This document shows positions 8,565 to 17,640 of a DNA stretch of 64,000 nucleotides, piece by piece. The position numbers and the translations under genes were made by a program. The first letter of the stretch is position 1. Each line of letters opens with the position of its first letter. The notes below the pieces were generated by a model. It was given only the letters and a program-made list of their open reading frames with translations. It did not search any database and had not been told where the DNA came from. This DNA comes from an uncultured Ignavibacteria bacterium (GTDB lineage Bacteria > Zixibacteria > MSB-5A5 > SM1-73). The DNA is taken from NCBI GenBank assembly GCA_964588305.1, contig CAZPOP010000008.1, forward strand, positions 12,145 through 76,144. Reading direction: 5' to 3'.

Positions 8565-9764
8565 TCACTTTATTTGACCCATAGAATTGTACAGAGGGAA
8601 GAAGGTGGAGAGGAGTATCACTGCGGAGATGCCCCCGAAGACCACCAGGATGATAGGTTCCATCATGGTTAGAACCTTTTTGATGGTTCTTTGCACGTCC
8701 TTTTCAAAGTATCCGTTCACCATGGCCAGCTGTTCCGCCACCTTGCCGGTCTGTTCCCCTAAGGCTATCATGGTAATCATGAAGCCTGGGAAGGGAAGCC
8801 CCTTCATAGAGTCGGCAAAGGATTGGCCCCTTTTTATCCTCTCCTCGATAGTCTCTATCGATTTGACGACGGTCTTATTTCCGATGGTCCCTTTGACCAG
8901 ATCCAGGGAGGGGAGCAGCCCAAAACCGGAGCGAAGCAGAAGCGAGAGATAATGCGAGAAGGTGCACAATATGCTTTTCTGAATGACCTGACCGAAAAGT
9001 GGAACCTTCATCTTCGCATAGCTTAAAGTATATGCCCCACTCTCGGTCTTGCGATAGAAAATAAGGGCAATAAAGCCTATCACCGCAAAAATTATAATAG
9101 GTATCCAAAGGCCCATAATGGAGCCGATGACGAACTGGACGCCTCTGGTGTACCAGGGAATGGGAGCGCCGAGTTCAATCACCAATTTCATCATCTTGGG
9201 CATGAGATAAAAGGCGTAAAAGCCGGTAACCGCAGACATGACCACCATGATCATACAGGGATACATCATGGCTTGCTTCAATTCTGATTGAAGTGCATCC
9301 TGCTTTTCTAAGGACTCAGCCAGCTCCTCTAAGATCTCGGGCAGCGTGCCGCCTTGTTCTCCGGCTCTAACAGCCCCCAGGTAGAATGGGGGGAAGACCT
9401 TGGGGTGGGCGGCGATGGCCTCGGAAAAGCTGCCGGTGGTCTCTATCCTTTTGCAGATGTCACCGATCACCTCCTGGAATTTAGCGTTCTTCTCCTGTTC
9501 CGCAATGTTCTGCAGAGACTGCAGAAGCGGCAGCCCGGCGGTAAACATCAGATGCAGCTGGATGGTGAAAGAGAGAACGTCCTTAGTGGTAACTTTCCCT
9601 GATCCGAAGCCTCCGGATTTTCGTTTTGCCTTTACCTGCACCGAAATGGGGTAGAGGCCCATCTCCCGGACTTGATTCTCCGCGTCCTCCAGATTCCGAG
9701 CAGGAAAGCTGCCTTTTGTCCGTTTGTTTTTGTTGTCGACTGCCTGATAGACGTATACCGCCAC
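8565..9764 (-). CDS. pilC: Type IV pilus / T2SS platform protein (PilC/MshG/GspF family)
   Basis: YxYxAxD N-terminus; AGLPLLQSL, HPKVFP, AGEQGGTL, AMMYP, GEQTG and MEPI motifs. Confidence 0.93.
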   Translation of the reverse strand: MAVYVYQAVDNKNKRTKGSFPARNLEDAENQVREMGLYPISVQVKAKRKSGGFGSGKVTTKDVLSFTIQLHLMFTAGLPLLQSLQNIAEQEKNAKFQEVIGDICKRIETTGSFSEAIAAHPKVFPPFYLGAVRAGEQGGTLPEILEELAESLEKQDALQSELKQAMMYPCMIMVVMSAVTGFYAFYLMPKMMKLVIELGAPIPWYTRGVQFVIGSIMGLWIPIIIFAVIGFIALIFYRKTESGAYTLSYAKMKVPLFGQVIQKSILCTFSHYLSLLLRSGFGLLPSLDLVKGTIGNKTVVKSIETIEERIKRGQSFADSMKGLPFPGFMITMIALGEQTGKVAEQLAMVNGYFEKDVQRTIKKVLTMMEPIILVVFGGISAVILLSTFFPLYNSMGQIK

Positions 9765-11404
9765 TATCCCATCACCCTCCTGACCTCATCTATGGTGGTC
9801 ACCCCTTTGAGCACTTTCTCGATTCCGTCGTCCAGCATGCTCTTCAGCCCCGCGGCCTTTTCTATGTCAGTGGAGAGAGCTTTCTTGAGGATGAGCTCAT
9901 TTACCTCCTGGTTTACCTCAAGCACCTCAAATAGACCGATTCTCCCCTTATAGCCGCTATGCTTGCACTTGTCGCAGCCTTTGCCCCGATAGAAAGTCGG
10001 ATTTTTCAAATTCCTTAGTTGGGGATAAAAGCTAAGTTCTTCCTCCGAGGGAACGTAACTTTCCTTACACTTGGAACATATCCTTCGGCCCAGTCTCTGG
10101 GCTATCACCGCCAAAAGGGAGGTGGATATGACGAAGGGCTCGATCTTCATGTCCAGAAGGCGCGCCACCGCGGCTGAGGCGCTGTTGGCGTGGAGGGTGG
10201 TGAAGACCAAGTGGCCGGTCATGGATGCCCGGAATGCCATCTCCGCCGTCTCCTCGTCTCTCATCTCTCCTAAGAGGATTATGTCCGGATCATGACGCAA
10301 AATGGAGCGCAGTCCTTTGGCGAAGGTATATCCAGCTTTTTCATGTATGGGAGACTGCTTGGCGATGGCAAGTTTGTACTCTACCGGGTCCTCCAGCGTA
10401 ATCAAATTCTTCTCCAGAGCATTCAGGCTGCTGAGCGCAGCGTAGAGGGTGGTGGACTTGCCCGAGCCGGTGGGACCGGTGATCACGAGCATGCCATACG
10501 GTTTCTGTATCAATCTCTTGAAGGTATCCAGATTCTCACCCCAATAACCTAAATCCTGAAGACTTAAAACAAACCTGGGTTTGCGTAGTATCCTCATCAC
10601 CACGCTCTCGCCCCAAAAGATGGGCATGGTGGAGACACGGACGTCGATGTCCTGGGTATTGTAGGTGATGGTCATGGATCCATCCTGTGGAATCCTGGTC
10701 TCAGTTATGTCCAACTCCGACATGATCTTTATCCTGCTCACCACCGCCCGATAGATCTTCTTGGGCAGGATGAAGGCGGTCTCCAGAACGCCATCTATCC
10801 GGTAACGCACCCGCCCCACACTCTCATCCACCTCTATGTGGACGTCCGTGGCCGTCTCCTTTATCCCCTGAGCGATTAAGGAGTCAACCAGCATGATAAG
10901 CGGAGCAGTCTCCTCCTCCACCTCGTCCAGGCTCAAAGCCTGGCTTAAGCTTTCTTCGATCACCTTCTCCGGATCAACGGTGGTTCCATAGAATTCATCC
11001 ACGAACTCTAAAATCGTCTCCTCGTCGGCGATTCTGGGTTCAACGGTTAAGTTGGTGATTTGCCTTAGACGATCTATTGCGTTGATGTCATTGGGATTAG
11101 CCATGGCGACGGTCAGCTTTCCCCCTTCTATGTCCACGGGGATCAGCTTGGACGTCCTAGCCAGTTCTTCCGGAACAAGCTTGATGGCTTCGCCGTCTAT
11201 AGGGCTTTTCGAGAAATCAAGGTAGGGAGTCTCCGTCTGCTGTCCCACAAACTCAAGTACTTCCCCGTGGCTGATGAATCCCAGTCTCTCCAAGATTTCT
11301 CCGAACTTGGCACCTGTGCGGTTCTTCTCTCTATTCGCCAACTCAAATTGGCTCTTGGTTATCTTTCCCGTCTCTAATAGCATATCTCCCAGTGTTTGAC
11401 TCAT
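9764..11404 (-). CDS. pilB: Type IV pilus extension ATPase (PilB/MshE/GspE family)
   Basis: Walker A GPTGSGKST, TLEDPVE, LRHDPDIILLGEMRD, TGHLVFTTLH and the CxxC..CxxC zinc motif; N-terminal MshEN-like domain. Confidence 0.95.
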   Translation of the reverse strand: MSQTLGDMLLETGKITKSQFELANREKNRTGAKFGEILERLGFISHGEVLEFVGQQTETPYLDFSKSPIDGEAIKLVPEELARTSKLIPVDIEGGKLTVAMANPNDINAIDRLRQITNLTVEPRIADEETILEFVDEFYGTTVDPEKVIEESLSQALSLDEVEEETAPLIMLVDSLIAQGIKETATDVHIEVDESVGRVRYRIDGVLETAFILPKKIYRAVVSRIKIMSELDITETRIPQDGSMTITYNTQDIDVRVSTMPIFWGESVVMRILRKPRFVLSLQDLGYWGENLDTFKRLIQKPYGMLVITGPTGSGKSTTLYAALSSLNALEKNLITLEDPVEYKLAIAKQSPIHEKAGYTFAKGLRSILRHDPDIILLGEMRDEETAEMAFRASMTGHLVFTTLHANSASAAVARLLDMKIEPFVISTSLLAVIAQRLGRRICSKCKESYVPSEEELSFYPQLRNLKNPTFYRGKGCDKCKHSGYKGRIGLFEVLEVNQEVNELILKKALSTDIEKAAGLKSMLDDGIEKVLKGVTTIDEVRRVMG

Positions 11405-12708
11405 TTCTCCTCCTTCCGCGAGGTAAGATAGTCCAATCGATCACGTACAGCCGGTTTTAGTCCGTCTTCCTTTTCCGAAGACGAACTCAGAAATAGCCGG
11501 TAATATTGTATCGCCTTCTCCGTCTCGGCCGCCATGTCCCAGGCCCTGCCCAATCGGTAGAGGACGCGTGGATCAAAGGAGTTGATCTCATAGGCCCTCA
11601 TGCAATACTCCACCGCCTTGCCAAATTGTCCTTTCTCCTCATAGACGCTGGCCAGGAGAAGATTAGCGTCCAAGTGAAAAGGGTCCGATTCTAAAAGCTT
11701 TCTGAGCTTGGTCTCAGCGGAGGTGTACTCTCTGATCTGGTATAGGAGCAGCCCAAAATTGAAGAGTATCCGGGAATCTTTGGGTTTCAACGCAGAGACG
11801 TAAACAAGTTCTTGCTCTGCCTCTTTGAGCCTCCCTGCCTGCAAGCAGGCTATGGCCAGATTTGTGTGAGCTTGCACGTGATCAGGATTGTAGGTCAGTG
11901 CTTTTCTGTACGCTTGGATGGCTTGAACGGACTCTCCCTGCTGCTGATAAGAGACTCCTTTATTATAGTATCTTTCTGCTCTGGAATCAGATTTCTCCCT
12001 GACGGTCAAAGGCTCCTGGGCCGGCGCCCCCCGCAAGTCCTCGGCATAAGATGGGGTAACTTCGTGTGAGGGTATCTCTTGCTCCTCGAGGAAGGCTACA
12101 TTATCCGAAGTTGACTCCCGAGAAGCTTCCTCTTCGTCTGGGGACGGCGAGGTCTCTGTTAAGATATCCTTCTCCTGGTCAGGAGTTGAAGAGACTGGGG
12201 GCCCTAACGACGGCACGATCCCGGGTTGAGGGGTCTCCGGTTCCTCCTCTGCCTCGGAAGTCTGACCTTCAGGGGCGACCGCAGGGATTACGGTTCCAAC
12301 ATCTGGTGACTTTTCTTCTTGCTCACCGGTTGTCCCGGTTTCTTCGATCGGTTCTGCTGTAGTGACCGTTTCTTTGGAGCTTGTCTCAGAAACGCTCTCC
12401 TCCTCGCCAGGCTTTGCCTCTGCCTGGAGGGCATCCTTCTTCTGCTCCGACTCCGCGGTTGTAAGTTTAGGTGGTTTCTTTTTGGCGCTGGTTGATCGTC
12501 GAGCGATCGGGACCGGAGCCTCCGAGCCTGGCTTGAGCAAAAACAGGTAGCCGAGACCCAAAGAGACACCGATGAAAAGCAGAGCTGCCGCAAGAATCAA
12601 AAACCTCTTTTTACTTCTTGGCTGAGGCGGCCTCTCCTGCTCGGCAGGCGGGTTTTCCTCTTTCTCGACCTTCTCTATGGTTTTGGTTATCAGTCCCAAT
12701 TCTCTCAC
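11401..12708 (-). CDS. MshN-like membrane-anchored TPR protein
   Basis: One TM segment, a long Glu/Pro-rich linker and about 5 TPRs; sits between the MshM-like and MshE-like genes as in MSHA loci. Confidence 0.75.
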   Translation of the reverse strand: MRELGLITKTIEKVEKEENPPAEQERPPQPRSKKRFLILAAALLFIGVSLGLGYLFLLKPGSEAPVPIARRSTSAKKKPPKLTTAESEQKKDALQAEAKPGEEESVSETSSKETVTTAEPIEETGTTGEQEEKSPDVGTVIPAVAPEGQTSEAEEEPETPQPGIVPSLGPPVSSTPDQEKDILTETSPSPDEEEASRESTSDNVAFLEEQEIPSHEVTPSYAEDLRGAPAQEPLTVREKSDSRAERYYNKGVSYQQQGESVQAIQAYRKALTYNPDHVQAHTNLAIACLQAGRLKEAEQELVYVSALKPKDSRILFNFGLLLYQIREYTSAETKLRKLLESDPFHLDANLLLASVYEEKGQFGKAVEYCMRAYEINSFDPRVLYRLGRAWDMAAETEKAIQYYRLFLSSSSEKEDGLKPAVRDRLDYLTSRKEEK

Positions 12709-12733
12709 CCCAGATGCTTCAATTCAGCTTCTG

Positions 12734-13720
12734 CTAGAACCTCTTTTTCTCCAGTATCTTGATCCCGTTCAAGCTATCCCAACCCTCCAGCACGTTCTGG
12801 GCCGTGATCTTTCTCGTATTTTCAATGAAAGCAGACATCATGGCTCTCTCGCAAAGCACGTTTACCATTCGGGGCAAACCTCCGGAGATCTCATAGATTC
12901 TATTCATCGAATCGGAGGTGAACTCGACGCCGGAGCCAATGTCGGCCACCGTCAGCTGATGCTCGACGTACGGCCCTATCTCCTCCAACTGGAGCGGAAG
13001 CAGATGATACCTGACCAGGATGCGCTGATCAAACTGTCTTAAGTTTCTCTCCTGTAGTTTTTCTTCCAGTTCCGTCTGAGCGAAAAGCACGATTTGAATC
13101 AGCTTCTGATTCTCCGTCTCCAGGTTGGAAAGAAGCCGCAGGCCCTCCAAGGACTCGAAATCCAGCCCTTGGGCCTCGTCCAAAACGATGATCGGTTTCT
13201 TTGATTGGCGGCGAGCCAGAAGGAGCAGATCGTAAAGCCGCTCGGTCAACTTTCCTTCGGTAAGCTCGTCTGGGGAAAACCTCGATGCCCCCAGATTTCC
13301 CAGCACGGTCAGCAGCAGTTCTGTCTGAGAGAAGCGAGGATCGGGGATATGGGTTATGCGCAAATCGTCTCCCGCTTTGCTCAAGAAATATCGTGAAAGC
13401 ATGGTCTTACCGGTGCCCGGCTCTCCGGTTATCATGGTGAACCCCAAACCCTCATAAATGCCGTAGCGCAGATGGTTCAGGGCTTCAGCGTGCGACCGCG
13501 AGAAATAAAAGAATTTGGGATTGGGAGAGACGGAAAAAGGAGTCTCGGCGAATCTGAAGAACTCCTTGTATGAACTCAGAAGATCAACCCTCAGAAGAGT
13601 CTGCTTTCTGGTTCGATCAGGCGGCGGAATCATCCTGCCGCCCTCGAAAGACTCCGGGCTGATTTCCGTTCCCTCTCTGGAGAATTTATACGTCAGTTTC
13701 ATGTTATCCTTCCTTATCAT
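12734..13720 (-). CDS. ExeA/MshM-family AAA ATPase
   Basis: PFSVSPNP, GEPGTGKT, LDEAQ, LRLLSNLET and SGGLPRMVN motifs. Confidence 0.92.
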   Translation of the reverse strand: MIRKDNMKLTYKFSREGTEISPESFEGGRMIPPPDRTRKQTLLRVDLLSSYKEFFRFAETPFSVSPNPKFFYFSRSHAEALNHLRYGIYEGLGFTMITGEPGTGKTMLSRYFLSKAGDDLRITHIPDPRFSQTELLLTVLGNLGASRFSPDELTEGKLTERLYDLLLLARRQSKKPIIVLDEAQGLDFESLEGLRLLSNLETENQKLIQIVLFAQTELEEKLQERNLRQFDQRILVRYHLLPLQLEEIGPYVEHQLTVADIGSGVEFTSDSMNRIYEISGGLPRMVNVLCERAMMSAFIENTRKITAQNVLEGWDSLNGIKILEKKRF

Positions 13721-15176
13721 CAGGACTGGTTATCCTCGGAGTGAGGAAGATGACCAGCTCTGCTCTTTGTTCCGTCTTCTCCTTACGTTTGAACAAATAA
13801 CCCAGCAAAGGAACATCTCCTAATATAGGAACTTTGTTTTCTGAGTCAGTTTTTTTGGAAGTAATCAGACCTCCAATCACAATGGTCTCGCCGTTTTTTA
13901 TCCGCACCATAGTGTTGGTCTCACGGATGTCGATGTTGGGAGCTCTTAGGGTTTGATTCTCGAATTGAAATTCAGACCAGGTGTTGGCGTCGGTTACAAT
14001 TGGTACGACCTGCAGGGTGACGTGGTCATCGGATGAGATGTAAGGGGTCACTCCCATGGTCAGGCCCAGAAGCACGGTCTTCTGCTCGGGAAAGACAACT
14101 GGCTGACCTACTTCCCCTCCTGCAGAGAGACCGGTCAGCTCCCAGTAACTTATCACCTGCCCCACGTTGATCAGTGCTGTTTGTCCGTTCATCACGTTGA
14201 TTCTCGGCTTGGATAGGACATCCACCTTCCCGAATCTCCCCAGAACGTCGAGCACCAGGGAGGCATCGTGCCGGGAAGCCGTGAACTCGACCACCGAACC
14301 CGGCAAGCCTAAACTCTGGCTGGCCGCCAGATCGATGGTTTTATGGTCCAAAAGAAACGAATGCACTGCCGACCAGTCGATTCCCCAGGACTGGCCTCGC
14401 TCCAGGGTAACCTCAACCACCTCAGCTTCGATCAGGACCTGTCTTGCCAGGGTGTTCTTCAGCTTCCGTATGAAACTTTCCACCGTTTTCAGATTCTTCT
14501 TGCGATCGGTTACGCTGATCATGCCGGCAAGTTTATTTATGAAAAAGTTCCCTTCCGGGGAAATTGATTTCGTGATTCCCTCCTCCACCTGTTTCCAAAG
14601 ATCCGTAGCCTCCGCATCCGTGGTTCCCGTAATCTGAAATTGTCCGCTCATCCCCCCGACGTCTGGAATGGATCCCAGCACGTTGCCCCCGACCTGGATT
14701 TGAGAGGTGATCTTATTGGGGATGTGCCCTAGTTCGAAGATGCGCGTATCTGTGAGCTTCACTTCCAGAGTAGGGCTGTTGCGAGAATACAGGTACTCGG
14801 TTGGAGCGAATATGGTTTCCAGGGCCTCCTCCAGAGTCAGGTCCTCGAAGGTGACATTCAGCAGCGTTTTTCGATTCGCATCCTTATCCCATATGATGTT
14901 GAAACCGGCCTGCCTCAATAAAGGATCAAGCACATCCTCTAGGGTTATCCCTCTGGCGGAAAAGGAGAATAGTTTTTCGGTCTCAGGCTCGACCTCCACC
15001 AGGGCCGTGGGATTCAATCGGGGAGGTATGGGCGGTGTAGCTACATTGGTCTCCTTTGTGTGCGACACGGCCTTCTTCACCTCGTCTCGGGAGAAATTAG
15101 GCGCACACGCGTTCAGAACCGCAAGCAGTAAAAACGACACCAAGGTTGTTAGCCTACAGCAACTTTTCTTCATCAT
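13704..15176 (-). CDS. Secretin, MshL-like lipoprotein
   Basis: Lipobox LNAC; QVLIEAEVVEV, GIDWS, LSKPRI..NGQTA, KVPILGDVPLLGYLFK and ELVIFLTP motifs. Confidence 0.92.
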   Translation of the reverse strand: MMKKSCCRLTTLVSFLLLAVLNACAPNFSRDEVKKAVSHTKETNVATPPIPPRLNPTALVEVEPETEKLFSFSARGITLEDVLDPLLRQAGFNIIWDKDANRKTLLNVTFEDLTLEEALETIFAPTEYLYSRNSPTLEVKLTDTRIFELGHIPNKITSQIQVGGNVLGSIPDVGGMSGQFQITGTTDAEATDLWKQVEEGITKSISPEGNFFINKLAGMISVTDRKKNLKTVESFIRKLKNTLARQVLIEAEVVEVTLERGQSWGIDWSAVHSFLLDHKTIDLAASQSLGLPGSVVEFTASRHDASLVLDVLGRFGKVDVLSKPRINVMNGQTALINVGQVISYWELTGLSAGGEVGQPVVFPEQKTVLLGLTMGVTPYISSDDHVTLQVVPIVTDANTWSEFQFENQTLRAPNIDIRETNTMVRIKNGETIVIGGLITSKKTDSENKVPILGDVPLLGYLFKRKEKTEQRAELVIFLTPRITSPDDKEG

Positions 15177-16345
15177 CTCTCCTCTTGGCTCCTGTCCCAG
15201 ACCGCTGACAGTTGCATGGTAACCGGCCTTGGGTTTTCACTGAAAAGAGGTTGGGCAGCTAAGATTGGGTCACTCTTGACATCCCGCGAATTTTCCAAAG
15301 AATCCCCTCTCCAACACCAAAGGGTCATGGGAATCAGGATCAGATAGAACCAGGTGAAAATTCTTATCTCGTCCTGATAAGCAAAGCAAAAAGCGGTCAA
15401 ATAGAAGAGGGGAATCAGCCAAAATGCTTTTCGGAAAAAAGCTGGTTTCTCCTTGAACTTCTTCAGAGACCAGAATATCCATAGTCCGGTCATGGGAACC
15501 ACCAGCCAGATTGGATTGAAGTATGGGGAGAAGACTTCGGTGCCGTGCAGCCAACCGGGGTGTAGGGTTGTCTCAAGTATCCTGTGTAAGTTTACGTTCA
15601 TGGTCAGAATTGGAGCGAAGCGGGGTCTGGGTCCCAGAAGCAATCTTGTTCCGACGAAGGCCAGACCGTACGTCAAAAAGCTCCACTTCCAGCCCCGGGT
15701 CTTTTTCCGGTTGACCAGAAAATTCAGCAGGGGCAGAACAAGAGCGGTCTCCCGGGTCAGGGCTCCCAGGAATGTCCATCCGGTGGCCTGCTTCTGGTTG
15801 TTTCTCCAAATGGCTCTGAACGCCATCGAAAAGATGGCCAATTCTGCCCACTGGTTGGCATAGTCGTAGCGAAAAGCCAGGGGCAGACACGCGCATAGGA
15901 GGATTGTGCCCAAAAGCGCCCAGTCCTCCTGGTAGAATTCCCTCAGGAAGATAAAGAATGCGCAGATGGCCCATAACATAAGTAGCATTTTCAGTGGCTC
16001 ATACAGCCATATGATTGCTTTTTCTCCGTCCAGACGCGGGTAGAACAGGTCCAGCGCCCCGTATAAAACCGGAACCAGAAGTCGATATTGAGTGGGAGCG
16101 GGCGCATCCCCGCTGAGCACGTAATCCATCGATCCGAACCCATTGTATTTCGTGCCATAATTCTCGGAGGACATGTGAAGCTGGGCGTAGTCCAGCACAA
16201 ATACCAAAACAGCAAACAAAATCAGCCACTTTACCTTCAAAGATTTCCAAACATTCATGATGGACGTTCCGTGTTTTCCTGCCGAATCAGACGTTAAGGC
16301 CGATTCGACAGGTACTGAACTGCTGCCCCCGAAAATCATGAGCAA
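15173..16345 (-). CDS. Multi-pass membrane protein, possibly a GT-C-fold glycosyltransferase
   Basis: About 9-10 hydrophobic segments; QYRLLVP loop after TM1; YDY, TRET and DEIR motifs; overlaps the secretin start codon. True start may be ATG 16258. Confidence 0.6.
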   Translation of the reverse strand: MLMIFGGSSSVPVESALTSDSAGKHGTSIMNVWKSLKVKWLILFAVLVFVLDYAQLHMSSENYGTKYNGFGSMDYVLSGDAPAPTQYRLLVPVLYGALDLFYPRLDGEKAIIWLYEPLKMLLMLWAICAFFIFLREFYQEDWALLGTILLCACLPLAFRYDYANQWAELAIFSMAFRAIWRNNQKQATGWTFLGALTRETALVLPLLNFLVNRKKTRGWKWSFLTYGLAFVGTRLLLGPRPRFAPILTMNVNLHRILETTLHPGWLHGTEVFSPYFNPIWLVVPMTGLWIFWSLKKFKEKPAFFRKAFWLIPLFYLTAFCFAYQDEIRIFTWFYLILIPMTLWCWRGDSLENSRDVKSDPILAAQPLFSENPRPVTMQLSAVWDRSQEER

Positions 16346-16435
16346 AAAAGAGTTCGGGAGTTTGAAGAAATTTCAATTGAGCCAACTTTCGCTTTCGAAT
16401 TTACGAGTCCCGGATCGATGCTCTTAAAATCAGGA

Positions 16436-17101
16436 TCACCCTTCGACGGCGACCGACGATGTGCGATCGTAAAAGAATACATATGTTTTCCCTGCCCTCA
16501 GAACAACGATGCTGTCTTTTTTTATCTCCTTTATTTCCCAGCCGTCAAATCTCTCTGCCTCGCGAACCCAGCACTTCTTGCCGCCGGAAACGATGAGGGC
16601 GCTCTTCTCGTCATCGGTAATCAAGATGGCTTTGACCAACAACGTCCTTGGGGAGTTAACCTGCTCATCCTTTCCTGCTTTCGGCTCGGCCCTCACTTCT
16701 GTTCCCGGCACGCTGGTGACGTCAGATTCCTCCAGCGTCCTTTCAATCTGCTTAATCTCCTGTCTCAGCTTCTTTTCCTCCAAGCTGGCCTTCAAGTATT
16801 CCACCTCTTTCCGGGTGACGCTGAGCTTATCCTGCAAGTCTATTAGTTTGGGGTCCTCTGTCCGAAAAGGATCTTTCAACGATTGCAGAGCCTCAAAAAG
16901 AGGGGACTTTGCCGGATCCTCTGGTTTGGGCTTGGTGATTTTTTTCGCGGTTTGGTGGGACGGACGTGATCTCTCTGGAGCAGCGTCGGTCGCTTCCGAG
17001 CTCATGAATTTCAGCAGGAAAAATCCAATCAGGATCACCACCACTGCGCCCGATCCCAACAACAGCATTTTCTTTGATTTGGTTAGTGCACTGAATCCCA
17101 T
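16436..17101 (-). CDS. PilP/MshK-like alignment-complex protein
   Basis: N-terminal TM; LKDPF motif; C-terminal beta domain VKAILI..SALI..WVREAERFDGWEIKEI. Confidence 0.7.
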   Translation of the reverse strand: MGFSALTKSKKMLLLGSGAVVVILIGFFLLKFMSSEATDAAPERSRPSHQTAKKITKPKPEDPAKSPLFEALQSLKDPFRTEDPKLIDLQDKLSVTRKEVEYLKASLEEKKLRQEIKQIERTLEESDVTSVPGTEVRAEPKAGKDEQVNSPRTLLVKAILITDDEKSALIVSGGKKCWVREAERFDGWEIKEIKKDSIVVLRAGKTYVFFYDRTSSVAVEG

Positions 17102-17102
17102 T

Positions 17103-17639
17103 CTAAGAGGCCTCCGGGACTATGTAATACTTGAGCTGTATCCTCAGATTTCCGGGGATAGCCACCTCCGTACCCCCGATGGTGAATATCTCCACCACAA
17201 AGGGGAAATTTCCAAATTCCTTCAGCATGGTCATCACCTGGTCATAGGAGGAATAATTCCTTATGCCGATCATCAGAGGAACCTCATTTACCGTGATTAC
17301 ATCGGGGAAGTCTCTGCTTTTGCGCTCGTTCTCCACCTTGACCTCGGCTTCCAGGCCCAACCGTGACAGAAAAGATTCCATGAATTTTCTCATCAGGACC
17401 TGGCTGGCAATCGGGTCCTTCGCCCTGGGGATCCTGCAAAGCACCTTGCCGGTGATTCTTCTCAATTCCAGAGATTCCTCCAGATCCCTGACGTATTCCA
17501 GTCGCTGATCTGACTTGGCCAACTGTTCCTTTTCCTCTCCGATTTGCGCCTGAATGGAGCGGATCTTTCTTATTCCCAAGAAGAGGGAGAGCAAGGCCAG
17601 GAAACCAAAGGCGAAAAGGATGATCTTCTGTTTGTCCAT
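17103..17639 (-). CDS. PilO/MshJ-like protein
   Basis: N-terminal TM, coiled coil, ferredoxin-like C-terminus (SSYDQVMTMLKEF); located after the PilMN-like gene. Confidence 0.7.
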   Translation of the reverse strand: MDKQKIILFAFGFLALLSLFLGIRKIRSIQAQIGEEKEQLAKSDQRLEYVRDLEESLELRRITGKVLCRIPRAKDPIASQVLMRKFMESFLSRLGLEAEVKVENERKSRDFPDVITVNEVPLMIGIRNYSSYDQVMTMLKEFGNFPFVVEIFTIGGTEVAIPGNLRIQLKYYIVPEAS

Positions 17640-17640
17640 T

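Noticed and set aside
16509-17366. 285-aa plus-strand ORF and other long antisense ORFs (e.g. 19409-20116, 30083-30592, 48974-49708, 53966-54856, 55103-55846)
   Set aside because: Antisense shadows of well-supported genes.
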